A stretch of 64,000 nucleotides of DNA. It comes from Lama guanicoe. Taxonomy: Eukaryota. The stretch covers positions 124,001 through 188,000 of the forward strand of contig MU054220.1 in assembly GCA_013239625.1 (NCBI GenBank). Direction: 5' to 3'. The translations under genes and the position numbers were made by a program. How positions within the stretch are numbered: the first letter of the stretch is position 1; each line of letters opens with the position of its first letter. Under the pieces are notes generated by a model. That model was not told the origin of the DNA. It made no database searches and worked only from the letters and a program-made list of their open reading frames with translations. Below are positions 13,210-25,639 of the stretch, piece by piece.

Positions 13210-15159
13210 TATATAATTTAAATTACATCCTTTTTTATTATTCTGACATAAAGCAGATTGCTATTTCAAACACAATATTAATTTGGTAAAGTTTCTTTTG
13301 TATGTTTGTTTTTCTAATTTCTATTGTCTTTAAAAAATTATTATGGTATTATGTAATAAATTTTATTGATACTCAAAATACTCTATTGAACTTTTCATTT
13401 ACATAGAAATTTCTGGGTTTTTTGAATGTTTGTGTTCTATGGAAAATTAGACAACTTCCTTAAATAACTTATATGTCTACTTAATAACAAAGTAGAGAGT
13501 AACTTATAAAATGAATGAAGTACATTATAAATGTCAGTAAATCTCAATACACTTTGTTCTCTTTTTGTACATCTTTTTAGGGACTATCATTCTAGGGCAC
13601 ATCTAGGTTTATTTTAGAAATGGGATATTGGATTGTGTTTATTTAGTCAAAGTTTTTTTTTTTTCTCAAATCCAGATATTAGAGACTTTTAACTCTTAAT
13701 TATAAAAGTTTTAATTATTTACTGAAGATATTTTGGGGAAAACATATAAGCAAAAAATAAGCATTTTATTAATCTCAGCAGCCACCACTACTTAATATTA
13801 ATGTTTTGATATATCTCTGTCCATAATTTTCTAGGAACAAAAATAGATTCTTATATTTATATATACATAGTTCATACTTAGGTTTACTATTTTTTTCTTA
13901 GTGATTAAAAAATCAACTGTAAAATTCGTTCATATTTTTTAACATGACAATATACCATTATTTGGGTCCAATTAATTTTGTTTATTCTAAATTATTTGAC
14001 TACAGAGAAAATTGTAGTCCCTGACTGTGCACAGAGTCCAGTCCCTCTGTGATGTAAATGAAGTGCCATGAAAGTTAAAAAATATTAAAAATAAACAAAA
14101 ATATGGAGGAATTCAGAGAAGATATGGAGGAAATTTGTCCAGAGGTGGTAAGATGTACATCAGTCGTTACACGTCATGTACACTTTCACTAGAAACACAG
14201 AGTAGACCAAATAAAGGGATTAGCTCCTTTAACTTCTTAAATCAACACAGTGAGACAGTGGATCCTAATCAAAATACAGTACACACTCAATGAATCAAAT
14301 TTTAGGAAAGTCAGCAACATGGAAGAGAAGCAACAAAACTAATTTATCTTGGAGTAGACCTCTTATGGAAATAGACACAATAAAAAACATGAATTTTAAA
14401 CAAGAATTCTTTTTGTTTTTAAGAAATTTATTTAATTGATACATCCACTGGTGTAGACAAAGGGACTGATTTAGACAAAATGAGATACTGTGATGATCTG
14501 AGTTGCTGACATGCCATGATGTTGAGTTAATGAACTAGAACTCAAACATGAAAATGATAGCTCTGAGGAGAAAAGAACAAGACCCTGAGATGCCCATGTG
14601 GAAGGAGGGGTTTTGAGCAAATTCAGATGACTGTTGACTTTAAATCATCTCACTCCAATGAGCCTCCTTGAAACCACAATCCAGATTGCTCTTAACACAT
14701 CCTGTGGAAGAGAATGAAGACTAAACTGGGATAAATGTGCACAGAAGCACACATGTGTACACAAACATTTATAGATACATGAAAGTTTATTCTAAAGGTT
14801 GAGGATACTAGAAGAGTCATTTAAATTCCCTCTTTGTGCCTACTATTCTCCCTCACTCCCACAGAGCACACCCACTCTTCTTGACTGCTCTTATGGTCTG
14901 CACCATCCTACCTCATTCTGCTGTACTCCAGAATTGACTTCATTATTTTGCTTATGTTTCATCTCCTCTTGTTAGAGATGGCAAAGATTTTTTTTCTATC
15001 TTTCTTACACTAATAGACTTATAGCACTTAGAAGTCCAACTGACACATAGAAGACATTCTCTAAATATATGAGGAACTTATTTGTATTTGTTTTTCCCTC
15101 TGAAAGCACACACAGCAAGGTGGAAAACCCTTAACCTAATTGATAAAAATCAGTGATCT

Positions 15160-16099
15160 TTAAGAACAGGTATGGCAGAGTTTTTTCCACATCCTTTGTA
15201 GGGCATATTTTACATCTTTGTTCCTCAAGCTATAGATCAAGGGATTTAACATGGGGATGACAAGGGTGTAAAACACGGAAGCCACTTTATCAGTGTCAAA
15301 GGAATGGCTGGACTTGGGCTTCACATACATAAATGTCAAAGTCCCGTAGAACACGGTGACCACTGTCAGGTGGGATCCACAGGTAGAGAAAGCCTTCCTC
15401 CTACCTTCAGCAGAGTTCATCCTGAGAATAGCTACAAAGATGAGCAGGTAAGACATGAGAACTACCGCAAGGGTGAAAATCAAATTAAAAGCTGAGAAAA
15501 TCATTATCATATATTCGATTTCATGTGTGTTCGAGCAAAGCAAAGATATCAAGGGGAAATTGTCACAGTAGAAATGATTGATGACATTATAGCCACAGAA
15601 GGATAAATTAAAAAGTTTTATGGTGACTAGAAGAGACACAAACGTGCTATAGAGATAGGGGACTGCCACCAGCATCTGACACACCTTCTGGGACATGATG
15701 ACTGGGTAGAGCAGAGGGTTGCAGATGGCCACATAGCGGTCATAGGACATTGCTGACAAAATAAAAAGTTCGCTGATAATGAACATGATGAAGAAAGCCA
15801 GCTGTGTTGCACAAAAGTAATAGGAGATTGTATTTTGATCCACAACAAAATTTACCAACATTTTGGGGCCCACTGTTGTTGAATAACCCAGATCAGTAAG
15901 AGCCAGGTGTCTGAGGAAGAAGTACATGGGTGTCTGCAGCCTGGAGTCCACCTTGGTGAGGATGACCATGCCCAAGTTGCCCACCACTGAGATCATGTAG
16001 ATGACGAGGAAGAGCCCAAATAACGGAGCCTGCAGCTCGGGGCGGTCTGTGATGCCCATGAGAATGAACTCGCTCAGCACGGTTCCATTGTGTTTCCAT
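15160..16099 (-). pseudogene. OR8K3-like olfactory receptor with a 2-bp deletion just after the canonical ATG; otherwise intact
   Basis: ATGGAAACACAATGGAACC versus ATGGAAACACACAATGGAACC in the paralog at 25222; 940 nt versus 942. The canonical ATG opens the 68-aa METQW ORF. The rest of the 7TM frame is open and an in-frame ATG lies at 16137. Confidence 0.75.
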
Positions 16100-16334
16100 C
16101 TGGGTTTTATCAGAGAATCTATTGTGGTCAGAGACATCAGCACAGTCAATAATAGTTCCATGCCGTAAATTCTGGTGATTTTTTCAGTATTCAAAACTGG
16201 TATAAATAAAATAAATCCAAATTTGCATATAAGCTCTATTAAAATAATCCATTCCCTGCAAATAAAACATACATGTATAGAAACAGAATCAAAAGTCAAA
16301 ATAAAGAGAAAGTTGGAGAAAGGGAGAGACTTAT

Positions 16335-16543
16335 AATTTCCAAAGGGAAAAATTTGTCCCCCAAAGAACATTTGATAATGTTTTGAAGCATCTTGGTTGT
16401 CACCACTGGAGAAGGGGTGCTGCCGACCTCTAATGTTTACAGCCCAGTGAGCTTGCTAATTATAGTACTATTATTAATGTAAGCCCCAACAAGAGAGAAT
16501 TATATGGCCCAGAATGCCAAAGGGCTAAGACTGGCAAACCCTG
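16335..16543 (+). mobile_element. MER20-like DNA transposon
   Basis: TTTGTCCCCCAAAGAACATTTG...GGTTGTCACCACTGG...GAATTATATGGCCCAGAATGCCAA...AAACCCTG. Confidence 0.8.
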
Positions 16544-19091
16544 ATATGTGTGTCGCTATATACAGAGATTGATATAAAGGTAGAAAGAGGAAGCAGAGGT
16601 GAAAAGAAATGATATAAACTTTAGATTGTTTAATAGGTCAAAGTAAACCTTTCTACTGTCTTTTCTAGAATGATAATTGTATTTACACAATTATGATCAC
16701 ATTATATAACTCCTGCCCTAATTACATCATAAAATTTTAAAGCCCACTGTGAAACATTTAGAAGCCCCTGTTTTAAAACAAATTTATTTGAAAGATCTTA
16801 TGTACTGATGCTACAGGATAAAAAAATTAACACAATTGACTAATATTGGACAGAGGTGTAAAGGTAAGGAAATTCTATCAGACCATATTAGATATTATTT
16901 GTCTTCATACAAGGAGACTTTCCAAGAAATATACATAAGATATAATCTCTGTTATATCTCCATTTTTGGTATATACAAAGGAGAACTTGGGCAAATGTAA
17001 ATTACCTTAATGTCTTTATATAAATCAGCAAAATCAGCCATTTCTTGTGGGGTTATTGGGAAGATAAACGAGAATTAAACCTTTCAATGTGTTCATGGTA
17101 CCTGGAAATACCCTCAGATCTCAATTACATAGGATTTTTCTGTTGTTTGTTCTTAATTTCTTAGTAGAGGTGGCATGTTACCTAAAAGGGATTATCTTTA
17201 TTCATGAACATATAAACTATTTTTGTGTGACTTAACATTTTTGTGAGGGTGTGATGAGGAATAGATCATGTATTATCTAGGTAACAGGTCCCAGTGCCCC
17301 CCACCATGACCCAACTTCATGACTACGATGGGATACCAGTGCGCACTTCTGGATAATTTATCTTCTACCTTACTTAAAACATGTAATATATATTTACCTC
17401 AAATTTAACATGTTTCACCCCTTCAAGTGTGTTTTCACTGTAACACAAATTCCAAATTGTTTTTAACACATAAGGTATATTTTGTCAAGGAGGATCCTAG
17501 GCTAGTGTGAGGAAATTCAGCAAATTGAGAGACAGTGATGTCACTGGAACTGGTTTTATATAATGAAGCTTTGTAAACATTTCTTTTTGATAAATGATTC
17601 TCTGCAGAAAAAAAATACGTTTAAAATCAGTATATTACACAATAGGATACTGGCAAAATAAAATACATAGACAATTATATTTATTTTTGATATATAAATA
17701 CATATCTATTATATAATTATGTTTATGCTCTCTATATATTTATATGGACTCCAGAATGTTATTTGATGTTTAAGTGCACACATTAAAGCCATAAAGAACT
17801 CCTCCATAGCATGGTACAGCATTTAATGCAGACAAATAAAAGTCCAATGAAATAAAGATGTGTATGAACATCTCTAATAAGCCATCATTTAAAAACACCA
17901 GAGTAGTTCCAGAGTAGGTGGCTGTCAGCTAAGATAAAAGAAATATCGGTTTAAAAAGTTGTATTAGTGTGTACCTAAAAAAAAATAAAAGAAAGTAATA
18001 GAATTGTTCCTAACTACAAAGAAAATAGCAGTATCAGGAATCATAGTGAGTTATAAGAAAGCAAAAAAAAAAAAGTTTGTAATATCAAGTTATAAATATG
18101 TTTAAAGGAATAAACACATCTCACACAAACTGGGTTGTGTAAGGTTGTGAGCTTCCGATACCGTACGTGTCCCCAGGTACGTACATTTCTCATGTAAGAA
18201 ACACTGAACTACAATTAGGAAAAACATATTTTAAATGAATGGAAATGGTGATATAAATCTTCTTTAGGTGCAAGGGTGAAAGGCTACAGAAACAAATTAC
18301 GTTGGTAAGTGCTGATTTTGTTGTGAAATAACGGGGGATTGAAGACCTTTTTCTAACCAGCATCAAATTAATTTCTCATAGTTTATCATCTGTGCTGATT
18401 ATCTGATTATTTTTTAAAGTTATACTCTTTGAGAAAATTATATGTGCTTTCTGTCTGATTCCACTGGAAATTGAACATACTGTATATTGTACCTTCCCCA
18501 TAATACTGGGTCCTCAAAATCTCTTAGCCTCCAAAAATTGCTGTGCACATCTCAGTGCAAGTGGAAACCACCATTTTGCTCATCAAGATAATCAGAAAAA
18601 AAAATATTTACACATTAATTTAAATATTCATTAAATATACAATATTTTGAGAAGGGACTGAGAAGAGCCCAGTGTCACTAACTGACCAAAGATTTGGAAG
18701 GACATCAAACCAGAAACTGACCACCTGCAGCTTTATAATTCTGCCATTTCTAAATTTCTTACTCTTTAGTTTTTCTTGTCTCTCAGTTTTGTCCTTTCTT
18801 ATTCATATGATTAAGTATGTAAACAAAACATAAATATTACATAAACAATATGACACTGACATTTCAAAGATGCTCATTAGCTTTTGTGAAACTATTTGAA
18901 TATTAATCTGAAGGAAAAGGAAAGCCATCCTGCTCTGCTCCATGCATTATCAATGGCAGGATGTACATGCAAGTGGATCAGAAATCCTCATATTTTAACT
19001 GTGCTTTGTCATAAAATAAGTGCTCTACTGCAAATCACCAAACTGCCTGGATATTGGTAAAATATGGCACCAACATGAAATATAGTGTCTG

Positions 19092-19235
19092 CTTACCTGT
19101 AATGAGACCTCTGTCTTAGCTTCCCCATGTGTTTCATAACACGCACAGTGAGGTCAATTTATGAATTCTCTTCCACCCTCTGAGACTCTCCCTGAGGAGA
19201 TGCCAAGCAATTTCTTGATTGTCCCTGAAGCACTG
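19092..19235 (-). promoter_or_regulatory. Putative promoter/non-coding exon 1 of OR 15160-16099
   Basis: TCTCCCTGAGGAGA at 19187-19200; donor CAG|GTAAGC (GT at 19096-19095); TAATGA adjacent. Confidence 0.6.
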
Positions 19236-20569
19236 AAATCTTAGAAAGGGAAGGGATGTGTTTATTAGCGGTCCGAGGCAATTTGTATAGCCCAGCAAAT
19301 GAGTTATATTATTTGTGTGTATTTCATTCCTACTTTTACTCTTTATTAGCCCCCTATTTATTCTGTCCTCTAATTTACTCTAATACCACCACATAGTGAT
19401 CTAGATTAATATATTTCATCCATACAAGTCTGCCAGTATCCCCCTAGCTCTGCAGTGGTTTCAAATGGATGATACAACAGAGATGTGCCTAAAAACTATC
19501 TTATTGTATCACTTAAAATATTTAAATGAACTAAAAATAATAAGCTTGTATACGTAAGATGTTATTTCATTCACTTTTTCTTTTTTCTTTTTTCCAACAG
19601 GGAGTTACTGATTTAATTAGTTACTCCTATTTCTCATTCTCATTTTATACTCATCATCTGACTGTTCAGGACTTCTCTTTCATTATATTTGCCTTCATTA
19701 TATTTCACTCTTTCTTGTTTTTCTACCAAGTCCAATACACACTCCAATTCTCGTCTACCTTGACACATGTTTTGCTGTGCTTCATATATGCTTTGCATGA
19801 TCAATATATACATATACAAGAATACAATACACAGAATATACATTCTTGCAGAATACATGCACAATTTCGTGTGCATATGCTTTACTATGCATATGTTAAG
19901 GGGCTGTAAAATTGCATTGTTGAATTTAATTCACCAGTTATCTGTGGTAACATGTGACGTTTTTACTTCTTTATTAGTATAGTCAAAAATGTAATTTCCT
20001 GGGTCTTTTCTTTATTGGTAGATATTTTGTTTGTATCCAGTATCAGCTGTTAGTAAAACTACTACAACATACAGTCCAAGAAGAAGCCTCGAGTTTACAA
20101 TGTCAATATGTTGTGAACAACTTTTCCATGATACACACATTACACGGCTGCCTCTGTGTGTGTGCCTGTGTGGATATAGCCATGGATTTACAGGTACGCT
20201 TACACATATTTGCATGTTTATGGGCTCCCCAAGTAGTGAGATCTCTTGGTAGGAGCAAATGTAAAACTTCCATCACTTTTGTTAACTACTTCAGATTGGT
20301 TGTACCAATACACTCGTCCATAAATAAATACACGAGGTTTCTTGGATATCACCTCTTTGAGAGGTACCTAAATTATGTTCTCTTGTTAACTAAGTGATAT
20401 TATAAGATGTGTGTTTCTGTTACGGACTTTTCCCCTCCTTGTTGGTTAGATATATAGCATGTTTAATAATGAAACAGTTTATCGAGGCATTTATTTATTC
20501 TGGCATCATTGAATACAATAAACTGCACATATATGAAGTGTAAAATTTGATAAATTTGCCTGAAGGATA

Positions 20570-21285
20570 TTCAGTTGTGGCCCACTCTTGAATTCTTTCT
20601 TGTGCGAAGCCAAGGAACCATACTTGGCAGGGTACATCCCAGGGACTCAACTGAGACCTAGGACATAGCCCTCCTCTCACCCCACATTTGCTTTTCCTGT
20701 ATCATCTCCCTCTTTCTTGTTTTTTGTTTGTTTGTTTGTTTGTTTTGTTTTTTGAGTAAAGATAGATTTATTTAGGGGGATACGTCTTACATAGAGTGTA
20801 GGCTGTTTCAGAAGGCAAGAGAAAGGCCATAAAGTGTGGAGCTTAGGTGCTCAGGTTAAAGTAAAAGGAGATACACACTCCACAGACAGAGTGCTGACCA
20901 TGTCCAAAGTTGAGGGCACAAGAGAGGTAGCTATGAGGCACGGTGTTGCTAGCTTTTAATGGGCTTGGTAAGGTCATATGTTAACAAGTGGGAGGACCAT
21001 TCCAACTACCCTGAGGAAGGGGCTAGGGTTCCCAGGAATTGGACCACCACCCACTCTTTGACCTTTTATGGTCAGCTTCGAAGCTGTCATGGTACCTGTG
21101 GGAGTGTCATTTACCATATTAATATTACTATGAGCATATAATGAAGCTCAACGTCTACTAGAAGTCAAATCTCCTGCTGTATTGAGCCTCAAGGCCTACT
21201 GGGAGTTGAATCTTCCACCATTTTGGTGTTAACTGCTGTGTCATTCCTTGAATGGCTGTGCCCTGCCCCCTTCCCTCCTGTCCCA
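20570..21285. mobile_element. Rearranged ERV1-type LTR: U5 part on + (20570-20704), A-rich linker, U3-R on - (20753-21285)
   Basis: Both parts are homologous to the intact solo LTR at 55512-56153. Confidence 0.8.
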
Positions 21286-21549
21286 TATCCACCAGTGTAG
21301 ACAAATAGACTGATTTAGATAAAATTAGATACTGTGCTGATCTGAGTTGCTGAAATGCCATGATGTTGAGTTAATAAGCTCTCTAAAACTCGTGTGAAAA
21401 TATACTGCTGAGAAAAGAACAGGACCTTAAGATTCCCATGTGGAAGGGGAGTATTTGAGCAACTTCAGATGACTGTTGATTTCAAACCATCCTACTCCAG
21501 TGAGTCTTCTTGAAACCCCAATCAAGTTTGCTCTCAACACACTCCACAG

Positions 21550-22016
21550 AATAGCTAAGGAGTAGGAAACAAATGAACTTCCTTGATGCTAAAACTGTTT
21601 GTTGATTCTTTCTAAGAAATGCTGCATTTTGCTTTCTCTCCCGTAATGCTTTCTATGCTAAACAATCCGTAAACATTCAATAGCTTTAACCAGGAAGTAG
21701 GTAGTGGGTCAATCGTCTCAGAATAGACAGACTCTTTTCAGCTCCCCCATGACACCAGAAAGATTCCTGGAGGTTAACGTAGCAGCACCCTGTAAAGTGC
21801 CCTGATTATTATCACCTTTTCTGTTCCTTCCAGTTTTTTTCTATGAAACTTCAAGACCCCAACTCCAAGATGGATTCACAATCTCTAAGGCATGAGCCTG
21901 CCGTGACTCCACTTCGCCTGGCAAAGCAATAGAGCTGGTTTTTTCTTATTCTCCCAAATCTCTGCCTCCGAGTCTCAATCGATTTTGGGGGCACAGAGGC
22001 CAGTTTTGTGGCAACA
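21550..22016 (+). mobile_element. ERV LTR (5' boundary approximate)
   Basis: Ends ...TTTTGTGGCAACA, has a poly(A)-signal-like GCAATAGAGCTG and is homologous to 22090-22538 and 48257-48680; absent from the paralogous flank near 14700. Confidence 0.65.
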
Positions 22017-22089
22017 GTAGCATGGAATAGTGTGAAGCCCCAAATAGAACGAAGGCGCTAACACACACACACACAGGCACGCAAGTAAG

Positions 22090-22538
22090 AAGGAGTATAA
22101 CGCAAATTAACAAACTGGCTTCACTGATGCAAAACCATTTGCTGATTCATTCTTTACTGAGAATAACTTTAACCCAGAGGCTCTGCTCCAGGAAGGAGAT
22201 AACAGGCTGATAATCTCGGAAGAATGGACAGACACTCTGGAGTTCCTCCTGAAGATTTGTTGCATTTAAGAGGAATATAGCTCCTTGTAAAATGCCCTGA
22301 TTGTTATCACCTATTATGCCCCATTCAGTTTTTCTATAAAAATCTCAAGACCCCCACCGAGTGGTGGGCTCACAGTTTTTGAGCCTGCTGCGGCTCGCTG
22401 TGACTCCCTTTGCCATGCAAAGCAATAAAGCTGCTCTTTTCTTTCCTCCCCAAACTCTTCCATCCGAATTTGAATTTGCTTCTTGGGGTGAAATTGAATT
22501 TGCTTTTTGGGGGTGGAGAGGCTGATTTTTTGGCAACA
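22090..22538 (+). mobile_element. ERV LTR related to the preceding one (5' boundary approximate)
   Basis: TATAAAA box, GCAATAAAGCTG and terminal TTTTTGGCAACA. Confidence 0.7.
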
Positions 22539-22639
22539 AGTACAAACACATACAGATACTTGAAAGTTTATTCTAAAGGGGAATTTAAATGACTGTGTCA
22601 TCAGTAAAAAGGTGAATGGAGCTGTACAGGAATATAGGT

Positions 22640-23480
22640 TTCATATGAGGTTGAACTTAAGTTAGTATCAATTCAAATTAGATAGTTTTAACTTTAGGAT
22701 GTTATGTGTAATAATCCCCCTTTAAGCAAAATAAAATATGTATAGAATATTCAGGAAAGGAGATGAGGAGGGGCTCAGAATGTATCACTACAGGACATCA
22801 GTAGAATCAGGCTAACAAAGAGAAAGCCGCATTCAAAATGGTAGAAAATTCTGTGAACTTTTTGCTTATCTTTCCCCCAGCGCCATACTTGGAACAATTT
22901 GACGTGGTTAGGAAACAGCCCCCTGGTTCCAGTTGCCTCCCTCAGGATAGAAGGAAAAGAATGGAACTTGCCTTCCTGTTCCGTCTTGTTTAAGGGCTGT
23001 GCTGGGAGTGCCTCGGGGTTTCTGCCTCTCCTACCTCAGAGCACTAACAGGAATTGTGGCAGAAGATGAATATCAACAGGGAGGTCAAGGGAAGACACTG
23101 AGGCCTTAGATGACTGCTGGGCAAAGATATATCCATGGATGCCTGGGGCAAGGGGCTGTTAGCAACCACAGACAACACAACAGAGCAAACAGCTAAGGCT
23201 CTGAGAAGAAGCAAGGGTGAGACTGATAGAAAAATTAAGACATTTAAAACCGGCAATGTATAGCATGGAGCTGGAACAAAAACTGCGCACTCAGATTCAG
23301 GGAAGGCACATCCTCAGAAGAAGGTTGAGAGGAGTTTGGCTTTCTCGCCAGGCTGGTTAGTGAAATCCAGACCAAAAACAAGGGAAGCAACACACAAAAA
23401 TATCACAAAGATACAGGGCAAAAAGACCCATTCAATCACACAAAATATATATCCAATATGTAAACAAGATGCAGATATAA
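22640..23480 (+). mobile_element. Probable old L1M 5'/internal fragments
   Basis: TTAAGTTAGTATCAATTCAAATTAGATAGTTTTAACTTTAGGATGTTA resembles L1M inter-ORF sequence; the segment is absent from paralogous units. Confidence 0.4.
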
Positions 23481-23489
23481 ACAAGGGAT

Positions 23490-23893
23490 GTGGTGGAGAG
23501 TAACCTTTGTTTTGTTGGAGGTTTACGGGGAAACCATGACCTGGCCCTCGGGGATGGCTGCAAGAACAAAGAGCGCCTGCAGCAAGAAGATTGCAACAAC
23601 CAACCACACCCCCTCACTTGTTTTCTGTATTAAAGGAGCCTGTATTCTGAGTAGAGCAGGATGTCCAAGATATTAGTCTGCCATCCTCTCGGTCTGGCTT
23701 GGGGCTGTCATGGCGCCTGCGGGCATGTTATTGATCACGCTGTTACAATGAGCATGTAATGAAGCTCAAGGTTTACAGAAGTCAAACCTCTTAATCCTCA
23801 AGGCCAGCTGGGAGTTGATTCTTCCACCATTTTTGTGTTAAATTGCTGTCATTCCTTGAGTGGCTGTGCCCTGTCCCCTTCCCTCCTGTCTCA
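23490..23893. mobile_element. Composite LTR fragments; 23695-23893 is the 5' (U3) end of the 55512-family LTR on the minus strand
   Basis: ...GGCTGTGCCCTGTCCCCTTCCCTCCTGTCTCA is the reverse complement of the LTR start TGAGACAGG. Confidence 0.7.
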
Positions 23894-24280
23894 AGATTAT
23901 CAAAATAAATAATAAACAAGAAAGGCAATTAAGAGTCACATAAACTCCCCTTTTGTAGCTACTCTTCTTCCTCACTCCCACATAGCATAACCCACTCTTC
24001 TTGACTGCTCTTATGGTCCAAAGCATTCTAACTCATTCTATTGCACTCTAAAATTGACTTAATTATAATGTTACATTTCATCTCTTCTCAGAGATTGCAA
24101 AGATTTTTCTGTTTTTTTTTTCACTGATGTATTTATACTACTTAGGTGTGTGTTTAGCACATAGAAGCATACTCTAAATATATGATGAACTTATTGGAAT
24201 TTGCTTTTCCCTCTGAAAGCACACACAGCAAAGTAGGAAGTCCTGAACCTAATTTATAGGAATCACATTGACAGTGATCT

Positions 24281-25222
24281 TTAAGAAAAGATATGGCAGA
24301 GATTTTTCTGCATTCTGTGTAGGGCATATTTTACATCTTTGTTCCTCAAGCTATAGATCAAGGGATTTAACATGGGGATGACAAGGGTATAAAATATAGA
24401 TGCCACTTTATCAGTGTCAAAGGAATGGCTGGACTTGGGCTTCACATACATAAATATCAAAGTCCCGTAGAACACAGTGACCACTGTCAGGTGGGATCCA
24501 CAGGTAGAGAAAGCCTTCCTCCTACCTTCAGCAGAGTTCATCCTGAGAATGGCTACAAGGATGAGCAAGTAAGACACAACAACTATCAAAAGGGACAAAA
24601 TCAAATTCAATCCTGATAAGATAAGAATGATTAATTCAATTTCATGTGTGTTCGAGCAAAGCAAAGATATCAAGGGGAGACTGTCACAGTAGAAATGACT
24701 GATGACACTGTAGCCACAGAAGGATGAATTAAATATCTTTACAGTGACTAGAAGAGACACAAATGTGCTATAGAGGTAGGGGACTGCCACCAGCTCTCGG
24801 CACACCCTTTGGGACATGATGACTGGGTAGAGCAGAGGGTTGCAGATGGCCACATAGCGGTCATAGGACATTGCTGACAAAATAAAAAGTTCGCTGATAA
24901 TGAACATGATGAAGAAAGCCAGCTGTGTTGCACAAAAGTAATAGGAGATTGTATTTTGATCCACAACAAAATTTACCAACATTTTGGGGCCCACTGTTGT
25001 TGAATAACCCAGATCAGTAAGAGCCAGGTGTCTGAGGAAGAAGTACATGGGTGTCTGCAGCCTGGAGTCCACCTTGGTGAGGATGACCATGCCCAAGTTG
25101 CCCACCACTGAGATCATGTAGATGATGAGGAAGAGCCCAAATAACGGAGCCTGCAGCTCAGGGCGGTCTGTGATGCCCATGAGAATGAACTCGCTCAGCA
25201 CGGTTCCATTGTGTGTTTCCAT
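24281..25222 (-). CDS. Olfactory receptor, OR8K3-like, intact 313 aa
   Basis: All canonical motifs present: [61 protein letters not shown]. Confidence 0.95.
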   Translation of the reverse strand: METHNGTVLSEFILMGITDRPELQAPLFGLFLIIYMISVVGNLGMVILTKVDSRLQTPMYFFLRHLALTDLGYSTTVGPKMLVNFVVDQNTISYYFCATQLAFFIMFIISELFILSAMSYDRYVAICNPLLYPVIMSQRVCRELVAVPYLYSTFVSLLVTVKIFNSSFCGYSVISHFYCDSLPLISLLCSNTHEIELIILILSGLNLILSLLIVVVSYLLILVAILRMNSAEGRRKAFSTCGSHLTVVTVFYGTLIFMYVKPKSSHSFDTDKVASIFYTLVIPMLNPLIYSLRNKDVKYALHRMQKNLCHIFS

Positions 25223-25447
25223 CTGGGTTTATCAGAGAATCTATTCTGAATAGAAACATCAGCAGTCAGTGACATCATGTAGTACAATTGGTGATTTTTT
25301 AAGTGTACAAAGCTGACATAAAGAAAATAAATCTAAATTTATATTTTAAGCACAATGCAAAAATCCACCTCCTATAAATAAAACATACAAATAGAGATAT
25401 ATAAAAGAAATAGAGATAAATATATAGTTGGAAACAGAGAGAGAGAT

Positions 25448-25639
25448 TTGTAGTTTTCCACTGAGGATGATTTACCCCGCAAAGGACGTTTGATAATATT
25501 TTTAGACATTTTGATTATTAACACTGGAGGTGGTTTGAGGCTAGTGAGGCTGGTAATTATCCTAATATATTATGGCAGCCCCCAACAGCAAGGAATTATA
25601 CAGCCCCAAATGCCAAAGAGCTACGATTATCCAGCACTG
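25448..25639 (+). mobile_element. MER20-like DNA transposon
   Basis: GGACGTTTGATAAT...AGACATTTTGATT...GGCAGCCCCCAACAGCAAGGAATTATACAGCCCCAAATGCCAA. Confidence 0.75.

Noticed and set aside
16138..16371. 403-aa ORF with a long N-terminal extension
   Set aside because: The extension runs through AT-rich predicted intron and into a MER20 remnant. It is joined to the OR frame only by the frameshift, and paralogs lack it.
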